A stretch of DNA of 64,000 nucleotides, taken from positions 30,010-94,009 of the IMG/VR virus record IMGVR_UViG_3300030376_007323; one strand, given 5' to 3'. Under the pieces are notes generated by a model. It saw only the letters and a program-made list of their open reading frames with translations, was not told the origin of the DNA and did no database searches. Source of the stretch: a virus. Taxonomy: Duplodnaviria; Caudoviricetes. Positions 8,682 to 18,634 of the stretch are shown piece after piece. The translations under genes were made by a program, and so were the position numbers. Positions within the stretch are counted from its first letter, which is position 1. Every line of letters begins with the position of its first letter.

Positions 8682-11107
8682 TAAAAATCAATAGATATTG
8701 TAAATTGCTGTGTACCCGTTCTATCTACTGGTGACTGCAATTTAGCAATAGCCATTAAATCTGGGAACCCATTTTCGTTATCATATAGACCAATTTCCGT
8801 AATTTTTGGTGTTACTGATGGATTAGATGGTACAGCCGTATAATCTAACCACGTTGGGTTGGTTGGTGTTAGGTATTGTGTGGACCCAAGTTGTACTACG
8901 TGTCTCATTTCATATATTGTCGCCATGATATCGGTTTCTACCGTACCATAAAAAAAGTATTCGTCCCCAAAATTTAATTTGGTTTCGTCTGTTTGTGGTA
9001 TTGTTATAAAGTCGTTTAAATTGTAGGCGGTCATAGCCGAAACAGTATTATAGATACACCCACTATCTGTGTCATTACCAGTTAAATAAAAAGTATGATT
9101 AATTAAATTGGTTGCTAATATTTTATTACCTACTGTGTGATTAGGTATTTCCGATGTAACATCTTTATACTTCCAAGCAGAAGGAGAAGGTTCTGACCCA
9201 CTTGCAACTACTTGTGTTAATATGTAAAGTCTGTCAGCTTCAAAACCAGTACCACTAAATGCATTTGGTAGTCCTGAGGCGTTCCCTAAATCTCTTAAAT
9301 ATGGGAACTCGGAACCAAATGTTATCCCAACATCAAATAGGTTTTCACCCACCTCTAAAGTTTCGTAGACATAATAATTACAGTGAATACCTGTTGAGGT
9401 CCCTGCACTATTGTAGAACATGTATGTTAGATATATGGAATCCGTTGCTGCTTGTACCACCCCTGTTGTACATCCAGTAGCACATGTAGTACCTGCTGGT
9501 ATTTTTTCTGTCTTTGGTGCTGGTAAAGTAAAACTTCTATTAGATTTATAAGACATTGCTGTTAGTAACTCTTCGTCATCTATAACCATCATCTTATAAT
9601 CTGGAAATACTTTACCCACTCTATTAGGTGTGTCTCCACTACCTGAGTTATCATCCCATATATGATAATACCTTAAACCATCATCATTCATATTACTATT
9701 AGGTGTAGATAACATTATATGTGGATTACCGTCTGCTGGAAACGCTCCTGGGTATCCTGGTGGGTCTACATAAAATGTTTGACCTAAAATTGTCTCGTTA
9801 CCGGCTCCACTACCTGTACCAGAACCTATAGCATTTTTCTTGTGCCACATTAACCAAGGTAGGTGTAATTTAAAATTTCTTGCCTCACCAATACACCTCT
9901 GTGCCCCACAAAAAGCTTGTTGTTTTAAAGCAAATTTTTCACCATAAAAATCAGTTGTAGTGTTGTTGGTGTAGTGAATCATTCCAGCACATTTTTGTTC
10001 TGATGGTAAAACAATACGTAAGTTGTCCCAAGAATCGTAATAAAAAGTACCACCTATAACATTAGGGTGGTAACTATCAATATACTGGTCACTAAATGAT
10101 TGTCCATTATTACTATTTAACCCAAAATACTCTTTAGAACCACAATAACCACTAGAACCATAATAGGTATCCCCTAAATATACTGTGGTATCTACCCCAG
10201 CTACTGTATGGGTCCAATTTATATTCATATTCCATATCTTAGTGTCAGTAGTGTTTAAACTCGCACAATTATTAAAAGATAAGGTATCATTACACCAATA
10301 CGTACTAGTTGCCGCGGTACTATAAATACTAGAAGTAGTCATTGGATTTGCGGATAAAGGTGGGTAGACTCTAACATGTGCACATACCCCAGTAATACCC
10401 GAATATTGTGCAGCAGTATAGTTGGGTAAATTTCTATCTACCGTAATATTTAATTCTATGGCGGTTTGTGCTGAATTAGTATTCCCTGCTTGAACTTGGT
10501 AAAATAGAGTTTGAGATGCTGCCGTGTAGTTTAATTGAGCACAATCATTACCAAAAAATTCATATGTAACAGAGATTAAATCTCCGTTTACTGGTGTGTA
10601 ACTTTGTGTGCCACAATTTGCACTTGTTATCTGCATACTACTGGTTCCTGTCATTGCTGACACACAGAATAACCAATTAGAAGATAGTGTATAATTTGAA
10701 TTTGTTTGAGCTGTAAAATAAGTATATACCCCAGGAGTAGTTGTACTAGGTACTTGAAAAAACCCTCTAGGTGTAGCAGTATTAAACACTTCTTCATGTA
10801 CATGTTGTGGTATTGTTGGTCCAAATGTATCACCACTAGTTATACCTCCACTAATCGGGTATTTTACATGTCCTTTATTTTTTTCAGGTAGGGGTAGTAT
10901 ATTTTGTGCGTTGTGTTCTGCTTGTAAAATATTTAATCCCGCATATTCCGATGGTAAAGTTGTGTTATAACAATTGTAACACATTTCACTATCCCCCAAC
11001 TGGAATAATCCTATATTTAATTTACCTTCTGATAATTTTTTTCTACCGGCGTCTGTTAACCGTGCAACAATCGCTCCTTGTGTGTTGTTTTTAATTATAT
11101 AACTCAT
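8681..11107 (-). CDS. Virion structural protein carrying both halves of a tail-collar-like fold around a large insert
   Basis: N-terminal ARLTDAGRKKL..FQLGDSEM; C-terminal ITEIGLYD..LMAIAKLQSPV. Confidence 0.6.
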   Translation of the reverse strand: MSYIIKNNTQGAIVARLTDAGRKKLSEGKLNIGLFQLGDSEMCYNCYNTTLPSEYAGLNILQAEHNAQNILPLPEKNKGHVKYPISGGITSGDTFGPTIPQHVHEEVFNTATPRGFFQVPSTTTPGVYTYFTAQTNSNYTLSSNWLFCVSAMTGTSSMQITSANCGTQSYTPVNGDLISVTYEFFGNDCAQLNYTAASQTLFYQVQAGNTNSAQTAIELNITVDRNLPNYTAAQYSGITGVCAHVRVYPPLSANPMTTSSIYSTAATSTYWCNDTLSFNNCASLNTTDTKIWNMNINWTHTVAGVDTTVYLGDTYYGSSGYCGSKEYFGLNSNNGQSFSDQYIDSYHPNVIGGTFYYDSWDNLRIVLPSEQKCAGMIHYTNNTTTDFYGEKFALKQQAFCGAQRCIGEARNFKLHLPWLMWHKKNAIGSGTGSGAGNETILGQTFYVDPPGYPGAFPADGNPHIMLSTPNSNMNDDGLRYYHIWDDNSGSGDTPNRVGKVFPDYKMMVIDDEELLTAMSYKSNRSFTLPAPKTEKIPAGTTCATGCTTGVVQAATDSIYLTYMFYNSAGTSTGIHCNYYVYETLEVGENLFDVGITFGSEFPYLRDLGNASGLPNAFSGTGFEADRLYILTQVVASGSEPSPSAWKYKDVTSEIPNHTVGNKILATNLINHTFYLTGNDTDSGCIYNTVSAMTAYNLNDFITIPQTDETKLNFGDEYFFYGTVETDIMATIYEMRHVVQLGSTQYLTPTNPTWLDYTAVPSNPSVTPKITEIGLYDNENGFPDLMAIAKLQSPVDRTGTQQFTISIDF

Positions 11108-11177
11108 AGTTTTTTTCCTTTAATCATAAATACATTTTATTTTGTTTTATACCCCCTTGTAATTCAAAGTCATCATA

Positions 11178-14100
11178 TTAATATAAATTATTAAATGTCT
11201 GTGTACCCCCTTGTCTAAACGAGTTGTCTGTATAAAAAACACTTCTACTTATTTCAAATGGTACCCTTTCACTCTGAGACTCCGTATATATGGTGTCTCT
11301 ATTAATTAATGGGTACGCTCTTTTTACCAAAACCTCATAACTATATTTACCTGGTTGAGGTGGATTTAATTGGCATGTTTTCTTTATTGGGCCTCTTTCC
11401 TCCACACCTATATTGTAGGTTTCTTGTTGGGTTAGGTCACCATTTTCATCATACATTTTTACTATAATAGTCTCTTCTAAATTATTATCTTTAGTATAGT
11501 TTATTGGAATTTCTGGTGTTTTAGTTAATGTGCTTGAAATAGTTTGGTAAATGGTTCTATAGAATAGTGCTAGAGTATCTCCACTTACATAATCACTAGT
11601 ATTTCTTAATAACTGCACTCTTCTAGAACTAACTTGTTGGTAGTCTTTGTTTAGTGTCTGTGTAACGCCGTTTAGTGCGATAGAGATACCACCAGAGGAT
11701 TGTTTATTTAGGTTGATATAGTAATATCCATTTTCTTCATATATTGTTTCTGTACTAGATGTTGGTATACTTGCTGGGATAGTGACTGTTTGTATGTAGG
11801 AGTCTGCCACAGCATCATAAACTAACTGTACAACATCTAAATTTCTCACTGTTTCTTTAAAAAACATAACACTTCTGGTCGAAGCATTAAAAGTGTAATC
11901 ACCTGTTTGGGGTGCACCACTTGTAGCACCACTAAACCCATCTGTTAATAATAAACCATTTACATAAACTAATGGTCCACTATTAGATATTTTATTACTT
12001 AGAGTCATTACATACGTATAAGAAGAATAAGCTGCCGTAGTTACTTCTGGTAAACCTTGTAATTGTCTTTGTTCTGTGTACAGTAAAGACATTTCTGTTG
12101 GTACCTTAAAGTCACCAAAATGTAGTTTTGGTGTTGGGGGGTTATTTACCAATACTAGGTAAAAATCTTGTTTTATGTCTACATTGGGTGATGGTGGGTA
12201 AACAGCTGTATCTATCCAATATTCACTTAATGATTTTTTATCTTTAAATATATAACTAGGTTTTATTATAAATTGCCATGCACTAGAGGTAAAACTAGAC
12301 AGGGGTAAAGTAGTACTTGCACTTACTATCGTACTTTGTAAATCTTCATGAAAATAACTAGGTAGTGAATCAAATATAACTTCATATTCGGGTATGGTCG
12401 CTACTTCATTAGTCTCGAATAAATAAGGATATACCCTAAATTTAGGGTATGCGTTACCAAAAAGTATTTCATCATTTTCCCCACCAAAATATAGTTGGAT
12501 GTCACAACTACCAGACTGACTAGAGTTATAGACGTTTAACTCTGGAATCCCACCTACAGTATCGGTAGATGTAACATATGGCCTGTTTATCCCATTAATT
12601 GTTAGGGTTGGGTTTGGCATCGTTTGCATTGTCACCTTAACGGATGGTTTAATTGTAGGCACTCCAGGTTCGGTACTAGTAACTGGAAGTGTGGGTTGAG
12701 TTTGTGTGATATTAAGAGTACTAGCAGTTGTCGCGGTAATAGTAACGGAGTTGCTTGGTCCTTGGGAACTCCCACAAGATGGTACCTCCACATAACTTTC
12801 AAACGGTGTCCCTGTGAATTGCATATGGTAAAAATTAACAGATTCTTGGGAGGAGTAAGAAAATCCAATCCTAGTAGACCCTAGATATTTACATAAAGCA
12901 TCTTCACTTAACCATTCTGGTGAACTAATAGTATTTCCAGTCCATGTTGATTTATCCAATAAATTTAAATTAATTGTATAGTCTGAATTATATGGATTTG
13001 CCGCTCCTGCTGCTTTTGTAGCGGATGCTGCAACACCCATTGTATCTGTAAACTCTATTTTAAATTGTTCACCATACACACCTCTTCTAGTTATTCTAGT
13101 TCTTAGTGAACCTTCTGCGTTCCAGTTAATGGACCCTGTTATAGGGACTTTTGAACCCGTATTTGCTAGTATAGTATTGACATAATATGGATTAGTAGCA
13201 CAGTTACCACTTACACGACAATCCCTAAATCTATTTCCACTATAATAACTGTTAGCGTAGGCACTATTGGCTATATTGTCTATTAGACTAAATCTTCCAC
13301 TTCCTGCCTTCATATTTAAGTGAAGACTATGAGTCACACCTGTTGGTCCATGCACCCCATCTTCATCTCTAAAAGACGCTAAAAGTATACTAATGGTATC
13401 ATCATCACTATCAGTAGAGTTAAATGCTGTAGACCATGTATAATTTAAGTAAGAACATCTACTTACCTTTCCATTATATAAACCAAAATTTCCAGTTGTT
13501 GAACTCTTAAATTTTCTGAGAGCACCTGGAGCGGTATTAACCACAGCACTAGCCAAGGCTACATTACCAGCAGAATTTACAGTATAGTCATTTGCATCCA
13601 CGTCAACATTAGAAATACCGTTGGTTGTACCGGTTAGTGACCTCATAGAGACAGGATTACCATTTATACCATAATTAACCCTAGGGTCAACCGTTACCCA
13701 ACCGTAACTTCCCGGAACACCGAACCACCAAACTAAAAATTTATTTATAAACGTATTATAATAAAAATACCCTACATCCCCAGCACTCGCTGTAGGTCCG
13801 GAAGGTCCTATATTATCTCCTTCACTAATCGTATATGCACTTGCACCCATATACCAGTTTTTAGTGTTATCACTCCTTCTACTCTCTGAAGTACCAGTAT
13901 ATAACCACACATATGGGTTATTAGCGTAAACATAACCATTAGTACCCAAACCTAAATCAATATTCCAAGATTCTGAAGAATGGGTATTTGGTCCATAAGT
14001 AGGTGGGAAATTCATAACTCTGGGAGCTCGTGGTGCCCAAGAATTCCAAGTATTAAATAAAGTGGTTATATTCCACCCACTATAAGCTCCCCCATCATTA

Positions 14101-14681
14101 TACATATCATATCTACAACCAGTTAAATTTGGTTTTTCCGTTATGTTTAAAGGTCTTTCTTCAATAACACTAACACTATACATACCATTTTCTACATCTG
14201 TAAAAGTATGTGTCGTGTCTGCTGTCGAACCGTAATGAATATCCACCACCCTACTATCTTTTACTAATTCGTATCTATATGTAGGTGTGGTTGTCGTTGC
14301 GGTTGAGACAGTTATTGTGCATTTTTTATTTGGGTCAAGAATACAACCGTCTTCCCCTAAACTCGCACTTAGACTTGGTTTGGTTTGACCTGTTAATAAA
14401 ATATTAGTTGTACCCGTACCACCTGTTGTATCTGTAATTACCGCTTGGTATTCACCAGCACATAAATTATAGAGATTGAAGGAGGTGGCGGAATAACTAC
14501 TTATTCCCGACCACACCACACTATAAGGGGACGTAGTACTATTTCCAGAAATTTCTAAATTATATATTGCACCCCCACATTGACCACTTAATGTGTCTTC
14601 TATAGTCAAACTTATTATATTTATCTTCCCGTCTTGGGAGACTATTCCACTTGTTCCTTCTATCATGTCAGATATTGCCAT
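11178..14681 (-). CDS. Putative tail fibre/adhesin: SprB-like Ig repeats, lectin-like core, VNG..DY repeats
   Basis: PYSVVWS..NLCAGEYQAVITD; FTDVENGMYSVSV; STDSDDDTISI; VYVNGLLL..GDY and IALNGVTQ..KDY. Confidence 0.55.
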   Translation of the reverse strand: MAISDMIEGTSGIVSQDGKINIISLTIEDTLSGQCGGAIYNLEISGNSTTSPYSVVWSGISSYSATSFNLYNLCAGEYQAVITDTTGGTGTTNILLTGQTKPSLSASLGEDGCILDPNKKCTITVSTATTTTPTYRYELVKDSRVVDIHYGSTADTTHTFTDVENGMYSVSVIEERPLNITEKPNLTGCRYDMYNDGGAYSGWNITTLFNTWNSWAPRAPRVMNFPPTYGPNTHSSESWNIDLGLGTNGYVYANNPYVWLYTGTSESRRSDNTKNWYMGASAYTISEGDNIGPSGPTASAGDVGYFYYNTFINKFLVWWFGVPGSYGWVTVDPRVNYGINGNPVSMRSLTGTTNGISNVDVDANDYTVNSAGNVALASAVVNTAPGALRKFKSSTTGNFGLYNGKVSRCSYLNYTWSTAFNSTDSDDDTISILLASFRDEDGVHGPTGVTHSLHLNMKAGSGRFSLIDNIANSAYANSYYSGNRFRDCRVSGNCATNPYYVNTILANTGSKVPITGSINWNAEGSLRTRITRRGVYGEQFKIEFTDTMGVAASATKAAGAANPYNSDYTINLNLLDKSTWTGNTISSPEWLSEDALCKYLGSTRIGFSYSSQESVNFYHMQFTGTPFESYVEVPSCGSSQGPSNSVTITATTASTLNITQTQPTLPVTSTEPGVPTIKPSVKVTMQTMPNPTLTINGINRPYVTSTDTVGGIPELNVYNSSQSGSCDIQLYFGGENDEILFGNAYPKFRVYPYLFETNEVATIPEYEVIFDSLPSYFHEDLQSTIVSASTTLPLSSFTSSAWQFIIKPSYIFKDKKSLSEYWIDTAVYPPSPNVDIKQDFYLVLVNNPPTPKLHFGDFKVPTEMSLLYTEQRQLQGLPEVTTAAYSSYTYVMTLSNKISNSGPLVYVNGLLLTDGFSGATSGAPQTGDYTFNASTRSVMFFKETVRNLDVVQLVYDAVADSYIQTVTIPASIPTSSTETIYEENGYYYINLNKQSSGGISIALNGVTQTLNKDYQQVSSRRVQLLRNTSDYVSGDTLALFYRTIYQTISSTLTKTPEIPINYTKDNNLEETIIVKMYDENGDLTQQETYNIGVEERGPIKKTCQLNPPQPGKYSYEVLVKRAYPLINRDTIYTESQSERVPFEISRSVFYTDNSFRQGGTQTFNNLY

Positions 14682-14689
14682 ATTATTAC

Positions 14690-17600
14690 TTATTTACAAG
14701 GTTCTTTTAAACTTATACACTTACCTAAAGAATCACACCAGTAATAACCTGCTTTACAGATTCCTTCTTTATCAGCGTCAAAAGCAGACATACTATATAT
14801 GTCTTTACCTACTGGTGCATCTTTTTCATCCTTAGTCTTAGTAGGCTCCTCTCTTTCCTCTCTTTCATCTATTATGTCTGCTGCACCCCCCTTCTCTTTT
14901 TCTTCACCAGAAGGTGTATCTGGTGGTGGGGGTGGGGTTGCCTGACATTTCGCCACACAACTATCCAAACTAGAGTATATAGGTCCATCATGGGCACCAC
15001 CATCATAGGCGAAACAAACGCCATCAACACAAACATAACTCACACCACCCCTAGTTTCAGTAGGTGGTTCGTAAGTTGGTCTTCCTCTAGGTCCACCTCT
15101 ACCTTCACCCTCTAATCCTCTATCCTCTTCATCAAGTACTGGGTCTGGTTTACCTCCAGGTTCACCAACAGGTGGTCTTGTACCACCATCACTTTCACTA
15201 CCCATTACACCTGTCATACCGTTAGTTAAAGTTGTACCAACTGGAGCTTTCTTAACTATAGTACCATCTGCTTCTAGAATAAAGTCATTACTATCACAAT
15301 TACCTACCATTACTGGTTTACACGTATTGTATAAACTTTTACAGTGAATTTCTGCTTCTTTATAACATTCTTCACAATTCAATAGTTCTAAGTTAGTGTA
15401 TACGTCACTTACACCGTAAATTGGGTCTATCCCAATATCTTCTGCTATATCTTGTCCACATTTACAATAATATTGACATTTGAAGTCACCCGCTAACGTT
15501 AGAGGTGCTGGATTGTAATGAGAGTGACTAGATATTATTTTAATTTCCTTACCATTTATTCTTATTTTTTTATTTACGTTTACTAATCTCCAATTTTCTG
15601 GGGTATTTTTATGTAAAATATTATAAGCGGTATTGACTTTTGCGGGTGAACATGGTTTATAAAAATTACAGTCGGGTGTTACCACAATATAGTGTTTAAG
15701 TTTATCACCAAACATATTTTTAAATGTGTTTTCTATCACATAGGATTGATTAATTTGTGGAAACGTAAAATCACACTTCCCCCCATAATCCATATTATAG
15801 GTAGGTAAGTAGAAACAAAACTTACCATCTTCTTTCATAAAGGTCATATTTTGTTTATTACCTTGTGTTAGAGTATAATCTTTAATTTTATTAGTTTCTA
15901 TTAGATATTGCCACGTATTGGTTGGTGTGTTTGTTTTTTTGTCCCAAACCAACATATCGTTAGGTCCTGTACTATCAATAAAACTTAGGGTGTTGAAGGT
16001 GGTTGTATCAACTATAGGTCTCACTATATTTCCACATTCTTTATCACTAAGGTATAGGGCTCCGTCTAAATGTACTTTTCTAGTTTCTCCACCATTAACC
16101 ATATTAAAAGCTTTGGATTTACGGGTAGAATCAAAAAATAATATTTTATTAGTAAAATAATTACCTACTTTCACACCTCTAAACCAAGGTGCTTCCGTAG
16201 TATTTCCAGAAAAATCTAGTTTATGACCTAAATTAATTGTTAGGTTACTAGTACCACCTGTCTCACCAAAATAATTAGATTTAGAAGTTGCTGTCCAGTT
16301 AGTATTATAGTTTAATGTTATTGATTGTCCACTTAATAAGTTTATAAACCCAGTATCCAATGTTATTGGTATTTGTCTGTGGAAAATAGTGGATGACGAT
16401 ACCCCACTTAACACACATACATTGTCACCACTAAAAGATTTGTCATTCTGACTAACTGGTAAAGTTAGGTAGTCATTAGCTCCACCAAATATTTTACTCC
16501 TTAATATATTAAATTTCTTTAATGTTGTACTAGCTGTACTTCCAGAATTATATTTATCTAAACTTACTGTAAAGTTAAAATTAAGTAACCCACTATTTAG
16601 GGGTATATTTGTTACAATTTCTTCATTATCTCTCTTAAATTTGTAACCTGGATGAAATTTAAAATTAGTATCTTGTATAACAGTTCTAGTTTCATCTTCA
16701 CCAGCTTGTATAATAGAAGTATTAATTAGTCTTTTTATTTCATAATCACTACTAGGGTAAGTACCTGTCATCCCTGATGGATACGCTCTTGTTATATAAT
16801 CACACCATTTTGTATCCGTATATTTTACATCCAAATACGCTTTATAGGTAAACCTATAGATACCATTAGTGTTAGCTGTGTATGTAAAATAATCTCCAGT
16901 CACTGCATTATTTAATATAACACTTCCTCCGTTTGAGTTGTATACCTCATTAAAGGAGTAAGGTCTGTAATTATGTGTTAAGTCATCTATAAGTGGTAAT
17001 GGTTTTTGTGGTGTTATATTAGATATGGGAATACTGGTTCCTGCTGAAAAGGTATCTCCAGTCATAAATAAATCATAAGTGTCATTAACCTTATATCTAT
17101 TGGTTGTTGTCGTACTAAACCCCGAATATATAGCATCGGTTTTATTAGTGTAGGTTGTAAATAAAAAATCTGTTTTACTATTTGCACTAATCGGTGAGTA
17201 GTTAAAAAACTCTGTTAAGGTAGCATGTGGTTCATTACTGTGTTTTTTTCCCACCATTGGTATTCCGTCATGACGATGATAGTAACCAACATAGTCACTA
17301 CCGTCTAATAAAAATTCACCACCCTTGGTGTGTAGATTATTCTGACTTCCTTTATCTCCATTAACCCATGTTTTCTTTCTTGGGCAACAAAGTATAGTTT
17401 TGATTAGTCCATCACTAAAATAAGAAAATGTGACATCAGAAAATTGGTCTAGGAGGGTTCTTTCTACCCATTGTGAAACTTTACTATACGTTCTCTTAAT
17501 GTAACTTGTTCTACCATTATCATTTACTGTTGGGTAGGTTTCTATATTACCAATTTGTTGTGATTTTAATTTTTCAGAGAATGCTACTAATTGTTCTTTA

Positions 17601-18622
17601 TTAGCGAATCTTAATGAATAACATCTACTAGAATCGGTTACTCTATCATTATTAAATAATTCTTGTGCCCAATCTAACTGATATATTTCTTTACCATATT
17701 TAAAATATTTTTTACTCTCTTTAATTTCGTTATCAAAAACAACTCTAGAAACATTATAAGGTATCTGAACTACATTATCTGGGGTTAAATTAAGGTTACT
17801 TAAATTAACATCTGGATTAAGTCTATTTTCTACCGCATATACTTTACTCTCCACTAAATTTATAGAATCTGGTTCCGCATTAAACGGAAATAATTGTTTT
17901 TTGTAATCATGAATAACCTCTCGAGAAGCTAAATCTTTATTTTTTAAATTAATATATGTTGTTTCAAGTCTTATGTTTGGTGTTTGATTTATAATTTGTC
18001 TTGGTGGAATTATATCCATAATCGCTCCCTTGACGGTAATCGTGTCATTCTTACTAACTTTTAAACCTAGAGAATTTATGTATTGGTTTTCACTTTCTAT
18101 CAAAATATCTAAGTCGAATGATAGGTTTTGTAGGGTTTTTCTATTCAGTCTCACTCCAGGAAGGACCATTTGTAAAGCGTGTAATTTACCACCTATCCTT
18201 CTACCAAAACTTTTTAACGCTCCACTACCACTACGATTACCATAAGAAGGGTTAGCGTCAAAATAATTAGGGTGAGAAAGAAAAGCTCCCCATTTTTTAC
18301 CTTTAACACTTTCAAACCCATACACCCCTTGTTTATTATTAAAAACCTCTAATACCATATCTGATTTTGCGAGAGTAAGTAACTCACTAGTATTGTGGAT
18401 TTTCATATGGCTACTAGGAAATTTTAGAAATAATCTTTCAGTCCCATTAGTTTCTGTTTTCATTACCGCTTCTATAGGACGTGTAGTATCATATGTTAGT
18501 GTAAAAGTCTTTTTTTTATTAAACCCAACACCATTTAATGTACCTGACGCATAAAAAATGAAATCTAACTTATCAGCTAGAACTCTTAAATCTATTTTAT
18601 TTTTATATACTTTAATTGCCAT
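14690..18622 (-). CDS. Large structural protein with Cys-rich C-terminal modules
   Basis: NLHTKGGEFLLDGSDYVGYYH; YVCVDGVC..YSSLDSCVAKC; CKAGYYWCDSLGKCI; Pro/Gly/acidic linkers. Confidence 0.55.
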   Translation of the reverse strand: MAIKVYKNKIDLRVLADKLDFIFYASGTLNGVGFNKKKTFTLTYDTTRPIEAVMKTETNGTERLFLKFPSSHMKIHNTSELLTLAKSDMVLEVFNNKQGVYGFESVKGKKWGAFLSHPNYFDANPSYGNRSGSGALKSFGRRIGGKLHALQMVLPGVRLNRKTLQNLSFDLDILIESENQYINSLGLKVSKNDTITVKGAIMDIIPPRQIINQTPNIRLETTYINLKNKDLASREVIHDYKKQLFPFNAEPDSINLVESKVYAVENRLNPDVNLSNLNLTPDNVVQIPYNVSRVVFDNEIKESKKYFKYGKEIYQLDWAQELFNNDRVTDSSRCYSLRFANKEQLVAFSEKLKSQQIGNIETYPTVNDNGRTSYIKRTYSKVSQWVERTLLDQFSDVTFSYFSDGLIKTILCCPRKKTWVNGDKGSQNNLHTKGGEFLLDGSDYVGYYHRHDGIPMVGKKHSNEPHATLTEFFNYSPISANSKTDFLFTTYTNKTDAIYSGFSTTTTNRYKVNDTYDLFMTGDTFSAGTSIPISNITPQKPLPLIDDLTHNYRPYSFNEVYNSNGGSVILNNAVTGDYFTYTANTNGIYRFTYKAYLDVKYTDTKWCDYITRAYPSGMTGTYPSSDYEIKRLINTSIIQAGEDETRTVIQDTNFKFHPGYKFKRDNEEIVTNIPLNSGLLNFNFTVSLDKYNSGSTASTTLKKFNILRSKIFGGANDYLTLPVSQNDKSFSGDNVCVLSGVSSSTIFHRQIPITLDTGFINLLSGQSITLNYNTNWTATSKSNYFGETGGTSNLTINLGHKLDFSGNTTEAPWFRGVKVGNYFTNKILFFDSTRKSKAFNMVNGGETRKVHLDGALYLSDKECGNIVRPIVDTTTFNTLSFIDSTGPNDMLVWDKKTNTPTNTWQYLIETNKIKDYTLTQGNKQNMTFMKEDGKFCFYLPTYNMDYGGKCDFTFPQINQSYVIENTFKNMFGDKLKHYIVVTPDCNFYKPCSPAKVNTAYNILHKNTPENWRLVNVNKKIRINGKEIKIISSHSHYNPAPLTLAGDFKCQYYCKCGQDIAEDIGIDPIYGVSDVYTNLELLNCEECYKEAEIHCKSLYNTCKPVMVGNCDSNDFILEADGTIVKKAPVGTTLTNGMTGVMGSESDGGTRPPVGEPGGKPDPVLDEEDRGLEGEGRGGPRGRPTYEPPTETRGGVSYVCVDGVCFAYDGGAHDGPIYSSLDSCVAKCQATPPPPPDTPSGEEKEKGGAADIIDEREEREEPTKTKDEKDAPVGKDIYSMSAFDADKEGICKAGYYWCDSLGKCISLKEPCK

Positions 18623-18634
18623 AATACATTTTAA

